Virus record (IMG/VR): IMGVR_UViG_3300025086_000013
Span: 1 to 64,000 of that record
Source of the DNA: a virus
Strand: one strand, 5' to 3'
DNA: 64,000 bases
Of this stretch, positions 1 to 8,861 are shown in pieces. The position numbers and the translations under genes are program-made. Every line of letters starts with the position of its first letter. The stretch's first letter is position 1. The notes beneath the pieces are model-generated. The model saw nothing but the letters and a program-made list of their open reading frames with translations. It was not told the origin of the DNA and did no database searches.

Positions 1-2
1 AT

Positions 3-902
3 GGATTATTTTGTACTAGATGGTTATCAAAAGGAGATCCTGCAGATGTACTTTCTTGGGCACAAGTTTATAAAGATGTATTTGAAGATGATCTTTATGA
101 TGAAATTGTAAATGATTTAAATAAGATACCTTCAGATGCTCATATTGTAATTGAGTCAGAATGGTTTAGTTCATATTATCATGATACTGCTGCTAATATT
201 AAAAGATTTGAAAAAATGGCTGAAGGATTAAAGAAATTAACTCAAGGTAGCAGATACCATTATTACATTGAATCATTAGATCAGTGGAATGATATACAAA
301 ATAATATGTCTAAACTTGTTTGGGATACTAATATGAATGATCTTGCTACAGAAGATTCTGAAGTAATAAATGAAGAAATGTATATTCAACTTAAAACTAT
401 GCTTGGTTGGGAAAAGACTGACGAAGGTTGTGGTTGGCAAGGTAATAGGGACAAAGAAAATATGAACTTAGCATTAGCAATGATTGCTAATTGTAATATT
501 AAAGAGTCTCATACATACTTAGCTTTGTTATTTTCATTCTTAAGTGATTCTATGAAAGATGCCGGTATATGGAACAGTGTTAACTTTAAATCTGTAAGGA
601 AGAAGTTTCAGAAATATATAGATTTTTCTGGTTGGAATTGGTGTCATGTTTATAATTATTTACTTGAAGAATTAATTAAAGATGATGCATTAACTGAAGT
701 TGCTTGGAAAGAAATTGCTCAGAAAATGTATGATGATGTATTATCTGGTCAATATGGTGTTGATGGTAAGAATAATTTTAGCATTAGTCCTGAGAGTATC
801 CAATTAAAACCGGAACTTAGAGCAAGAATGAAAGTTGAAGAACCTGTGCTTGATGACCTAGAAGCTATGGTTGATATGCATACTGAATCATATAGATTAT
901 GA
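3..902 (+). CDS. Hypothetical phage protein, 5'-truncated (extends beyond window start)
   Basis: The frame of ORF 216..902 is open back to position 3 (GLFCTRWLSKGDPADV...), so the true start lies upstream of the window. Its stop overlaps the next ATG (ATGA at 899-902). Confidence 0.75.
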   Translation, partial: GLFCTRWLSKGDPADVLSWAQVYKDVFEDDLYDEIVNDLNKIPSDAHIVIESEWFSSYYHDTAANIKRFEKMAEGLKKLTQGSRYHYYIESLDQWNDIQNNMSKLVWDTNMNDLATEDSEVINEEMYIQLKTMLGWEKTDEGCGWQGNRDKENMNLALAMIANCNIKESHTYLALLFSFLSDSMKDAGIWNSVNFKSVRKKFQKYIDFSGWNWCHVYNYLLEELIKDDALTEVAWKEIAQKMYDDVLSGQYGVDGKNNFSISPESIQLKPELRARMKVEEPVLDDLEAMVDMHTESYRL

Positions 903-2029
903 AAATACATGTAGTAGGTTGTCCTAGAAATCCATCAACCAACAAAAGGCCTATAGAATCTTTTGCAATGGTTCCATATTATTTAACTACATATTTACAT
1001 AGAAGAGGTCATGAAGTTTATTATTATGGTTATAAAGAATCAAATGTAGAATGCACTAAAAAATTCATATGTGCAGACAAAAAACATTTGAAAAAATATT
1101 ATAAATATAATAATAAAAAAAATGGACATTCAGATATACAAGATTTTGGACATAGTGATAAGGGAAATCTTATATATCATCAAAATGCTTATAAATATTT
1201 AAAAGAAAATTGCAAAGCTAATGAACCTATTATATGTACTTGGTCAGGAATGGTTGAGTACATATATAAACAATCTAGATATTTTAATTATTTTAATAAG
1301 GTTATAGATGGTCATGTTGGTCATCATTGGCCTATTATAAATTGTCATTATACTGTTTATGCATCTTATGCAAATAAACATTATAATTATGGTAAGTTTT
1401 ATAAAGAAAGAATTGAATATAGATATGTGGATGCTGTAATTTATCCTATGGCTAATGAAATGAAAAATTTTACATATAGAAAAAAGAAAAAAGATTATTT
1501 TTTATTTTATGGTAGATTACTTAAAATGAAAGGTGTAGGATTATATTTAGATTTAGCTAGACAATTTCCAAATAAAAAGTTTATAATTGCTGGGCAAGGT
1601 ATATTTAAAGGAGGTATTCTTAATGATGGTTTTAGATTTAAAATGCCACATAATATTGAATTTGTAGGATTATTAGATTTAAAAAATAGAAAAAAATATT
1701 TATCTAATGCTACTGCAGTTATATCACCGTCTGAATATTGTGAACCTTTTGGATTAACAGCTATAGAAGCTGGTTTATCTGGAACACCTATTATTGCAAC
1801 TGATCACGGAGGATATCATGAAACTATTATTAATGGATATAATGGATTTAGATGTAGTTACTATAGTGAATTTGTAGATGCTATTAATAATATTGATACA
1901 ATTAAATCAGAAAACTGTAGAAAACATGCAAAAAGATTTACAGCTGAAGAATTAGTTAAAGATTGGGAAAAATATTTAAAAAATGTTGTTAAAGAAAATT
2001 GGTATTCACCATATAAAAAACCAGAATAA
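899..2029 (+). CDS. GT-B fold glycosyltransferase (GT4 / Glycos_transf_1-like)
   Basis: N-terminal MKIHVVG; 'FLFYGRL..MKG', 'FIIAGQG', 'VISPS..CEPFGLTAIEAGLSGTPIIATDHGG..ETI.NG.NGF' match the GT4 E-x7-E signature. Confidence 0.9.
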   Translation: MKIHVVGCPRNPSTNKRPIESFAMVPYYLTTYLHRRGHEVYYYGYKESNVECTKKFICADKKHLKKYYKYNNKKNGHSDIQDFGHSDKGNLIYHQNAYKYLKENCKANEPIICTWSGMVEYIYKQSRYFNYFNKVIDGHVGHHWPIINCHYTVYASYANKHYNYGKFYKERIEYRYVDAVIYPMANEMKNFTYRKKKKDYFLFYGRLLKMKGVGLYLDLARQFPNKKFIIAGQGIFKGGILNDGFRFKMPHNIEFVGLLDLKNRKKYLSNATAVISPSEYCEPFGLTAIEAGLSGTPIIATDHGGYHETIINGYNGFRCSYYSEFVDAINNIDTIKSENCRKHAKRFTAEELVKDWEKYLKNVVKENWYSPYKKPE

Positions 2030-3021
2030 TGATAGATAAAGTTAAAGAAGATTTGTTTTATAAGGAGGAGTTTAAGTTTAGTTACTCCTCCTTAAACAGG
2101 TTGTTATTTTCACCAAAACTTTTTTATAAAGATTATATCCTTAAAGAAAGGGAAACCAAGATGGAAAAACATCTGATAGAAGGTAGATTAATACACCTGT
2201 TACTATTAGAACCAGATCGGTTTGATGAAGAATTTGTAATGTCTCCATTAAAGATGCCTACAGATTCAGTCAAAAAAATATTAAGAATTGTCAGCAGTAG
2301 AATTGTTGACCCAAATAATTATATGAAGTTAAAAGATTTAGATGATCAAATATTAGAAGCTTTGAAAGAAGAAAACTTATATCAATCATTTAAGGAAGAC
2401 CAAAAGAGATTAGATAAAATAATAACAGAAGAAAGTGAAGCGTATTTTAAATTTCTACAAACAACAGGTAAAACTATAATTGATGCAGATACATTTGCAC
2501 GTTGTATGGATCGTGTTGTTATAATCCGGGCTAATGATGATGTAACTAAGTTGCTAATGCAAGAAGCCACTGATTTTGAAATGGATACTATTCAAGTATA
2601 TAATGAAAAAAAATTAGATTGTAAATTAAATGATTATAAATTTGGATTAAAAGGCATAGTTGATAAATATATAGTTGATGATGAGTCAAAAACAATAACT
2701 ATTGTAGATCTTAAAACTACTGCAAAACCATTAGATAGTTTTGCTGAAACAGTGGATTTTTACAATTATTGGCTACAAGCAGCTGTATATTCACTACTTG
2801 TTGTTAAAAATGTTGATGAAAATCAACAGAAATACAAAATTATTTTTAAATTTGTTGTCATAGACAAGTATGACCAGGTTTATGTCTTTCCTGTATCAGA
2901 AGAAACGTTAGTAAGATGGATGACATCTTTGAAAGAAGCATTACAAGAAGCAAATTATCATTACAGTGAAAGAAAATATGACTTACCATACGTGTTTGCT
3001 AATGGTAATGTAACACTATGA
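2029..3021 (+). CDS. PD-(D/E)XK exonuclease (RecE/ExoVIII-, Cas4-like superfamily)
   Basis: SYSSLN start, 'GRLIHLLLLE', 'KGIVDKY...IVDLKTT', 'YWLQAAVY' motifs; no Cas4 Fe-S cysteine set. Confidence 0.8.
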   Translation: MIDKVKEDLFYKEEFKFSYSSLNRLLFSPKLFYKDYILKERETKMEKHLIEGRLIHLLLLEPDRFDEEFVMSPLKMPTDSVKKILRIVSSRIVDPNNYMKLKDLDDQILEALKEENLYQSFKEDQKRLDKIITEESEAYFKFLQTTGKTIIDADTFARCMDRVVIIRANDDVTKLLMQEATDFEMDTIQVYNEKKLDCKLNDYKFGLKGIVDKYIVDDESKTITIVDLKTTAKPLDSFAETVDFYNYWLQAAVYSLLVVKNVDENQQKYKIIFKFVVIDKYDQVYVFPVSEETLVRWMTSLKEALQEANYHYSERKYDLPYVFANGNVTL

Positions 3022-3572
3022 AACAAATTTATACACAATATTTTCAAAAAAGCAAAGTATTTTTATACCCTCTGCTAGGAGTAGCAAAGGGTATAAGATA
3101 CGTGCCTATACAAACATATACATCTTGGAATGGACATCATGTTGGTAATGAAAATTTACTAATATGTGTTTATGCAATAGAACAAGATTCTAAAAAAACA
3201 TTTGATACATTTCTAAAAAAACATTTAGAAAAAAATGAATTATTTCATTCTAGATATTCTGAAGATGATTTAGAAATTGTTACTTTTGATCTATCTTTTT
3301 TTAAAGGTGATTTAAGAAAATTTGAAAAAGGAAAATATTCTGAATTTTCAATTATGACTAAAAAAATAATTATGGATTTCTTTGGAAATACAGGAACTAT
3401 ATCAGAATATATAGAAAGCTATTTATATCCTGAAAAATATTATGAAGTATATTCTGAAATGCTTAATGTACCAATTTCACTTTTAGAAGAAGTAGTAGAA
3501 TTATGTGATAAACCAAGCATAAAAAAAGAACATTTTAAAAAATCAACAATAGAATTAGAATTATTTAAATAA
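3018..3572 (+). CDS. Conserved hypothetical phage protein
   Basis: 184-aa ORF translationally coupled (ATGA overlap) to the nuclease; no recognisable motif. Confidence 0.75.
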   Translation: MKQIYTQYFQKSKVFLYPLLGVAKGIRYVPIQTYTSWNGHHVGNENLLICVYAIEQDSKKTFDTFLKKHLEKNELFHSRYSEDDLEIVTFDLSFFKGDLRKFEKGKYSEFSIMTKKIIMDFFGNTGTISEYIESYLYPEKYYEVYSEMLNVPISLLEEVVELCDKPSIKKEHFKKSTIELELFK

Positions 3573-3573
3573 T

Positions 3574-3585
3574 TTATTATATTTG
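3574..3585 (+). promoter_or_regulatory. Bacteroidota sigma70-type -7 promoter element (TTATTATATTTG, contains TAnnTTTG)
   Basis: Intergenic; identical 12-mer also at 6048-6059 and 19253-19264, each upstream of a + strand gene. Confidence 0.65.
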
Positions 3586-3604
3586 TTTTTTAAATATTTT
3601 AATT

Positions 3605-4045
3605 ATGACAGAAAAAGTTGGAAAAAATATGATTTTAATACATGCTCCTGATTTTCAAAGCATGGAAAAATCTTTTAAAATGATACCTATCACACTAGAT
3701 TGTCCTTATGTAGAATGTATGTATTCTGCAAAAGATAATGTAATGGCGGTTATCACTAGAACTATGAAGCAGTCTTATCATATGGTTCCTAAGTTAGATG
3801 ATAATGGAGATCCCATTAAAAGCAAAACTAAAAGACCAAATGGTAAAGATTTTAAAGAGGAAAGAAGATTAGTAGATACATTTTCAGAATTCTACTTACT
3901 TACCCCCGAAGAGATCAATGGTTTCATTGAATCTTTTGCAGTAAATGCAAAAACATTTGATTATAAAGCTTTAACTACACCAAAAAAGGATCCAAAAGAT
4001 GAAATAATATCAGTTGGAAAACCTGAATTAGTTAAAAAAGCGTAA
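3605..4045 (+). CDS. Hypothetical phage protein
   Basis: 146-aa ORF with its own promoter motif and followed by a terminator. Confidence 0.75.
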   Translation: MTEKVGKNMILIHAPDFQSMEKSFKMIPITLDCPYVECMYSAKDNVMAVITRTMKQSYHMVPKLDDNGDPIKSKTKRPNGKDFKEERRLVDTFSEFYLLTPEEINGFIESFAVNAKTFDYKALTTPKKDPKDEIISVGKPELVKKA

Positions 4046-4084
4046 GTTTTGGTCAAACTTTAAAATGACCTATTTTTCATGTTG

Positions 4085-4124
4085 ATAGGGAGCTGGTTTG
4101 TGTGACAGCTCCCTATTTTTTTTT
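4085..4124 (+). terminator. Rho-independent terminator
   Basis: Stem ATAGGGAGCTG (4085-4095) / CAGCTCCCTAT (4106-4116) followed by a T run to 4124. Confidence 0.85.
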
Positions 4125-4136
4125 AAATTATTTTAT

Positions 4137-6041
4137 ATGAATCACTGGGTAATGGACTATGAAACATTATCTAATTGTTTTGTGGGTGTATTTACACATT
4201 ACAAAACTGAAGAGACTAAAATCTTTTCAATATGTAAACTACAGAATGATTTTGATAAGTTCATAGAATTCTTAAAAGAAAATATACAGAATAAAGAGTG
4301 GCATATATCCTATAATGGATTAGCATTTGATGCACAGATCACTCACTATATAATAAAAGATTATGAGAATCTAAAAATGATGGATGGTGAATCCATTGCT
4401 CAAGAAATTTACGGTTGTGCACAGAGATGTATAGAAAAAAGTAATAAACATGAATTTCAAGAGTTTCCTGAATGGCACATGTCTATTAAACAAATAGATG
4501 TATTTAAATTAAACCATTGGGATAACATGGCTAAGAGATCTAGTCTTAAGTGGATAGAATATACTATGGACTGGGATAATATCTTAGACATGCCTATACA
4601 CCATGAAACAGAGATAAATACACAAGATCAGTTAGATCTAATTATTGAATACTGTATTAATGATGTGGAAGCAACTAAAGAGATCTTTAATAGATGTAAA
4701 CCTTTAATTGCATTAAGAAAGAACTTAACTGAAAAATATAATATTAACTTGTTTAGTGCATCTGAACCAAGAATAAGTAAAGAAATATTTGCTTATTATC
4801 TTAGTAAAGAACTGGACATGCCAAAATATGAAATTAAGAAGTTAAGAACTTTTAGAAATGTAATTAAAGTAAATGATCTTATATTAGACTATATTAAGTT
4901 TGAAACACCTGAATTTAAAACTTTATTAGAAAAGTTTAGAACAGTAGAGGTAAATCCTAATTATACTAAAGGAGGATTTAAGTCATCTGTAAAATATAAA
5001 GGTGTAAAAACTGACTTTGGATTAGGTGGTGCCCATGGTGCTACTAAAGCTGGAGTGTATGAGTCTGATACTGAGAACGTTATAATGTCATCAGATGTTA
5101 CCAGCTTCTATCCTAATTTAGCTATTGTTAATCAATATGCACCAGCTCATATACCTAAAGAAAAGTTTTGTGAATTATATAAATGGTTCTTTGATGAAAG
5201 AAAGAAGATACCAAAGAGTGATCCAATGAACTATGTATATAAGATTATCTTAAATTCAACTTACGGGTTGAGTAATGATAAGAACTCTTTTCTATATGAT
5301 CCGCAGTTTACTATGTTTATCACTGTTAATGGTCAACTTACACTAATGATGTTGTATGAAATGATTATGACTAGGATACCAGAAGCTGTTGCTTTAATGC
5401 AAAACACTGATGGTGTTGAGACTATAATCCCACGGGATAAGGTAGACTTATATATGGAGATCTGTAAAGAGTGGGAGGAGATTACTAATCTTAACTTAGA
5501 ACATGATCAATATAGTAAACTAGTATTAGCTGATGTCAATAACTATATAGCTGTTGACACTAATGGTAAAGCTAAATGTAAAGGTAGATTTGAATATGAC
5601 GGGTTAGCTCTTCATAAGAACAAGTCTAAACTGATCATTCCAAAAGCATTGTATGCGTACTTTGTTGATGGAACTTTACCAGAACATACAATAAAACATA
5701 ATAGAAATATTCTTGATTATTGTATAGGGGCTAAATCTAAAGGAGCATGGAGACAACACGCTATATATGTTAAAGATAAAATAGCAAAACAGGATGAATT
5801 GCAAAAAATAAATAGATATTATATATCAAATAAAGGATGTAAAATAGTAAAGATAAATAAAAATGACAAAAGAGAAATTCAATTAGAGTCTGGGCAATGG
5901 GTTCAAACTGTAATGAATAAATTAGAAACTAAAGAATGGTCAGACTATGACATTAACGAGAAATATTATCTAAATGCAATTGAGAAAGAAATAAATAACA
6001 TAATTGGTGTAAAAGATAACCAATTAATGTTGTTTGAATAA
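4137..6041 (+). CDS. polB: DNA polymerase family B (crAss-like PolB)
   Basis: Exo I 'MDYETL', Exo II 'YNGLAFD', Exo III 'YCINDV'; Pol motifs 'SDVTSFYP', 'KIILNSTYG', 'NTDG'. The start is more likely ATG 4137 than TTG 4098, which lies within the terminator. Confidence 0.92.
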   Translation: MNHWVMDYETLSNCFVGVFTHYKTEETKIFSICKLQNDFDKFIEFLKENIQNKEWHISYNGLAFDAQITHYIIKDYENLKMMDGESIAQEIYGCAQRCIEKSNKHEFQEFPEWHMSIKQIDVFKLNHWDNMAKRSSLKWIEYTMDWDNILDMPIHHETEINTQDQLDLIIEYCINDVEATKEIFNRCKPLIALRKNLTEKYNINLFSASEPRISKEIFAYYLSKELDMPKYEIKKLRTFRNVIKVNDLILDYIKFETPEFKTLLEKFRTVEVNPNYTKGGFKSSVKYKGVKTDFGLGGAHGATKAGVYESDTENVIMSSDVTSFYPNLAIVNQYAPAHIPKEKFCELYKWFFDERKKIPKSDPMNYVYKIILNSTYGLSNDKNSFLYDPQFTMFITVNGQLTLMMLYEMIMTRIPEAVALMQNTDGVETIIPRDKVDLYMEICKEWEEITNLNLEHDQYSKLVLADVNNYIAVDTNGKAKCKGRFEYDGLALHKNKSKLIIPKALYAYFVDGTLPEHTIKHNRNILDYCIGAKSKGAWRQHAIYVKDKIAKQDELQKINRYYISNKGCKIVKINKNDKREIQLESGQWVQTVMNKLETKEWSDYDINEKYYLNAIEKEINNIIGVKDNQLMLFE

Positions 6042-6047
6042 GTTTTA

Positions 6048-6059
6048 TTATTATATTTG
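6048..6059 (+). promoter_or_regulatory. Bacteroidota sigma70-type -7 promoter element (TTATTATATTTG)
   Basis: Same 12-mer as 3574-3585; intergenic between polB and the DUF932-like gene. Confidence 0.65.
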
Positions 6060-6068
6060 TAAATAAGT

Positions 6069-6123
6069 CCAAGGGGGGCCAAAGGTCGTGGTTACACTTC
6101 ATTCGTGCACGGCCCCCTATTGG
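6069..6123 (+). other. GC-rich stem-loop in 5' leader (possible cis-regulatory RNA)
   Basis: CCAA-GGGGGGCC ... GGCCCCC-TATTGG inverted repeat, with internal CGTG/CACG pairing, in an otherwise very AT-rich genome. Confidence 0.5.
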
Positions 6124-6142
6124 CAATAAACTAACTAAAATT

Positions 6143-7036
6143 ATGGGATACACAAGACCAACAACTACTACAAGAGATATGTTAGTGGCAGCACCACTAC
6201 CTAATCATGGAAAAACTTATACAGTTATTCCTCATAAAGATGTCATAGATGTTACTAAAAATCTATTAGACAACAGTGGCTTTATAATAACAAAAGAACT
6301 TTACAGAGCAAATATGAATGCTAAAGTAGCACAAGGAGTATACCACCTTGCTTCAAATGAAGATGAAGAAATGGGCATGATGTTTGCCTGGACTAATTCT
6401 TATGATAAAAGTACACGGTTTCAGTGTGCTGTAGGAGCTTTTGTAAATGTATGTAGCAATGGAATGTTATGTGGAGACATGGCAAACTATGCTAGAAAAC
6501 ATACAGGTAAAGCAGATCATGATATTCATACTCAGATAAGCTCACAAATTAAATCAGCTAATAAGTACTATACTAAGTTAATTGATGATAAGAATAATAT
6601 GAGAAAAATATTTTTACCTAAGAAAAGTCAAGCTGAATTAGTGGGCAGATTATTTTTAGATGAAGAAATCATAGATGCTTCACAAGTTTCTTGTATTAAA
6701 GCAGAAATGAAAGATCCATCATATAATTATAATGCTGATCTTAATAATGCATGGACATTTTACAATCATGTTACACATTCTTTTAAGAAATCTCACCCAA
6801 GAACATGGATGAGTGATCAAGTTAAGTTTCATGAATTTATGACTGCAGAACTATTGAGTCAATCTGGTTTACACCAAATGGATAAAAACTGGACAGATGC
6901 AAACGGTAATGGTCATGTAGAGGATGGAGTTTATGGATCTGCAGCAGTATATAGTCAAGCTATTATGACAGGATCAGACTTTGATGCTGATATGGAAGCT
7001 CAAGATTATGATACTTTTGAAGAATTTAAAATATGA
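6143..7036 (+). CDS. DUF932/DUF945-like phage protein
   Basis: 'Y.VIPH..V', 'NSYDKS..F...VGAFV.VCSNGM', 'RKHTG', 'NAWTFYNHVT' motifs typical of the DUF932 family. Confidence 0.8.
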   Translation: MGYTRPTTTTRDMLVAAPLPNHGKTYTVIPHKDVIDVTKNLLDNSGFIITKELYRANMNAKVAQGVYHLASNEDEEMGMMFAWTNSYDKSTRFQCAVGAFVNVCSNGMLCGDMANYARKHTGKADHDIHTQISSQIKSANKYYTKLIDDKNNMRKIFLPKKSQAELVGRLFLDEEIIDASQVSCIKAEMKDPSYNYNADLNNAWTFYNHVTHSFKKSHPRTWMSDQVKFHEFMTAELLSQSGLHQMDKNWTDANGNGHVEDGVYGSAAVYSQAIMTGSDFDADMEAQDYDTFEEFKI

Positions 7037-7899
7037 GTTTAATAACTAAAGATATACGTAAAAGCATGAAGATCCGTCCATCAGGGCGGTCTTCAGACTT
7101 TATATCTCCTAGTTTTGGATGGGGATGTTTATATGACTGTTCATATTGTTATATGAAAAGGCACAAACCAAAAGGTTTATCTATACCAAAAAATGTTAAT
7201 CAGATCCTTACAGAAATAAATACACATGTTATATTTGCACAATTAGAAACAAAAAAACCAAATCAAACACACTCAAAATACATTACTTATGATATAGGTT
7301 GCAATGAAGACTTTGCTCTTCATCTTAAACATCATGAATGGAAAAGAATATTTGAATTTTTTAAACATAATGATAAAGCAATGGGAACATTTGCAACTAA
7401 ATATGTCAACCCAGAATTACTTAAATATAATCCAAAAGAAAAAATAAGAATTAGATTTAGCTTAATGCCTGAAGATAAAAGAAAACTGCATGAGCCTAAT
7501 ACATCTACAATAATAGAAAGAATAAAAGCAATAGATCAATTTATAGAAGCAGGATATGATGTACATGTTAACTTTAGCCCTATTATTGTTTATGATGGTT
7601 GGTTATATGACTATGATGAATTATTTTGCATATTAGATAAAGAGGTGAAAAATAAAAGTAAAGTTTTTGCTGAATGTATATTTTTAACACATGAAATAGA
7701 CAAACATTATAAAAATCTTTTAAAACACCCTGAAACCGAAAAAGATTTAAGAATAGAAGAAATGCAAGAAGAAAAAATTTCACAATTTGGAGGTAATAAT
7801 CTTAGATATAGAACAGAATTAAAAAGACAATTTATAAATAAATTTGTAGAACTGCATGATACGTTAATACCTTGGAATAAAATTAGATATATATTTTAA
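7033..7899 (+). CDS. splB: Spore photoproduct lyase-like radical SAM protein
   Basis: 'GCLYDCSYCY' CxxxCxxC, 'YDIGCNED', 'FATKYVN', 'RIRFSLMP', 'VHVNFSPII', C-terminal 'IRYIF'. Confidence 0.85.
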   Translation: MSLITKDIRKSMKIRPSGRSSDFISPSFGWGCLYDCSYCYMKRHKPKGLSIPKNVNQILTEINTHVIFAQLETKKPNQTHSKYITYDIGCNEDFALHLKHHEWKRIFEFFKHNDKAMGTFATKYVNPELLKYNPKEKIRIRFSLMPEDKRKLHEPNTSTIIERIKAIDQFIEAGYDVHVNFSPIIVYDGWLYDYDELFCILDKEVKNKSKVFAECIFLTHEIDKHYKNLLKHPETEKDLRIEEMQEEKISQFGGNNLRYRTELKRQFINKFVELHDTLIPWNKIRYIF

Positions 7900-7902
7900 A
7901 TT

Positions 7903-8097
7903 ATGAAAAAAATTGGAAAATATTTAGTACATTGCATTAGATCAATAAGTGGTATATTTCTACTTGGGATCGTTATATTATTTTGGATAATAGGATTTAT
8001 CCTTAAAGCTACAATAGAAATTGTTACGTGGCTTGAATTAAAACTAACTGAGTTAATGAAAAAAACATTTGGTGATGATATCAACAAATTAAATTAA
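7903..8097 (+). CDS. Small membrane protein
   Basis: 64 aa with one long hydrophobic segment; in operon spacing. Confidence 0.6.
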   Translation: MKKIGKYLVHCIRSISGIFLLGIVILFWIIGFILKATIEIVTWLELKLTELMKKTFGDDINKLN

Positions 8098-8117
8098 CTC
8101 TAAATACTTTTTTAATT

Positions 8118-8273
8118 ATGAAAAAAACCATAAAAGTGTCATTAGATGACATGGGAATGCCTCGCATTCCAAAAAATATTATTAAAGGAAATGAAGTTAT
8201 GGTTAATATGACAAATATTAAAACTTCAGAAAATCATGTTGATAACATGAATATAATTTTAGATGAAAATTAA
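8118..8273 (+). CDS. Small hypothetical protein (51 aa, MKKTIKVSLDDMGMPRIP...), not in ORF track
   Basis: ATG 8118 to TAA 8273 fills the gap and overlaps the start of the next gene. Confidence 0.55.
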   Translation: MKKTIKVSLDDMGMPRIPKNIIKGNEVMVNMTNIKTSENHVDNMNIILDEN

Positions 8274-8583
8274 AGACTTTAATAATCTCTTAGAAAAGAG
8301 ATTTGAAAAGACTAGAGAAACTTATTCTAGAAAAATGAACGAATATGCTACTGATCTAGATGTATTCCAATCATTTAAAAATGGAGTAGGTTTCTCGTTT
8401 CATGATACACCAGAAGGTGTAGCTTGGGAATATGCTTGTAAACATTTTGAATCAATCAAAACTATTTTAAGCAAATTACCTAATGAAGTTCCTACAGATG
8501 AACTCTTAGATGAGAAAATAGGAGATGCCATAAATTACCTTATAATTCTTGAGGGACTTATAAAAGAAAGAGGAGATCAATAG
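8263..8583 (+). CDS. DUF1599/Nmad-like all-helical (MazG-superfamily-like) nucleotide-modification-associated protein
   Basis: 'RKMNEYA...D.FQSF' and C-terminal 'DEKIGDAINYLIIL' pattern. Confidence 0.6.
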   Translation: MKIKDFNNLLEKRFEKTRETYSRKMNEYATDLDVFQSFKNGVGFSFHDTPEGVAWEYACKHFESIKTILSKLPNEVPTDELLDEKIGDAINYLIILEGLIKERGDQ

Positions 8584-8597
8584 TCTCCTCTTTTTTT
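8567..8597. terminator. Bidirectional intrinsic terminator at the convergence of early and late blocks
   Basis: AAAGAGGAGA / TCTCCTCTTT stem flanked by an A-rich run on the left and a T run on the right. Confidence 0.8.
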
Positions 8598-8657
8598 AAC
8601 AATATCTTAACATACCCATAACATACAATTCACATCTGTTTCGTATATTATTTATAT

Positions 8658-8741
8658 ATGGAAAAGAAACAAATAAATATTACAAATGCTTGTTATATAC
8701 TATTAATGATAGTAGCCTTTAGTTTAGGAATAATAATTTAA
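8658..8741 (+). CDS. 27-aa hydrophobic peptide (MEKKQINITNACYILLMIVAFSLGIII)
   Basis: Preceded by the GTATATTAT motif at 8643-8651; its stop abuts the stop of the convergent gene. Confidence 0.4.
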   Translation: MEKKQINITNACYILLMIVAFSLGIII

Positions 8742-8861
8742 TTATCTACCTTGACCTCTATAAGGTTTTTTATAAGAATTTTGAGATTTACTAGCATTTT
8801 TGCTATGAACTCCTTTTCTTTTTTTACCACCTACACTTCTAAAAGTAAATGTGTTTTTCAT
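8742..8861 (-). CDS. 39-aa basic peptide ending in YRGQGR (MKNTFTFRSVGGKKRKGVHSKNASKSQNSYKKPYRGQGR), not in ORF track
   Basis: ATG overlaps the TAA of the upstream gene (TAATG); the C-terminal K.YRGQG motif is one I recognise from small basic phage proteins. Confidence 0.75.
   Translation of the reverse strand: MKNTFTFRSVGGKKRKGVHSKNASKSQNSYKKPYRGQGR

Noticed and set aside
2029-3021. Cas4 / CRISPR-associated system
   Set aside because: PD-(D/E)XK nuclease without the four-Cys Fe-S motif; no cas genes and no repeat-spacer array seen in the window.
4098-4136. TTG start and N-terminal extension of PolB
   Set aside because: Lies inside the terminator hairpin and T tract; ATG 4137 gives a normal exonuclease N-terminus.
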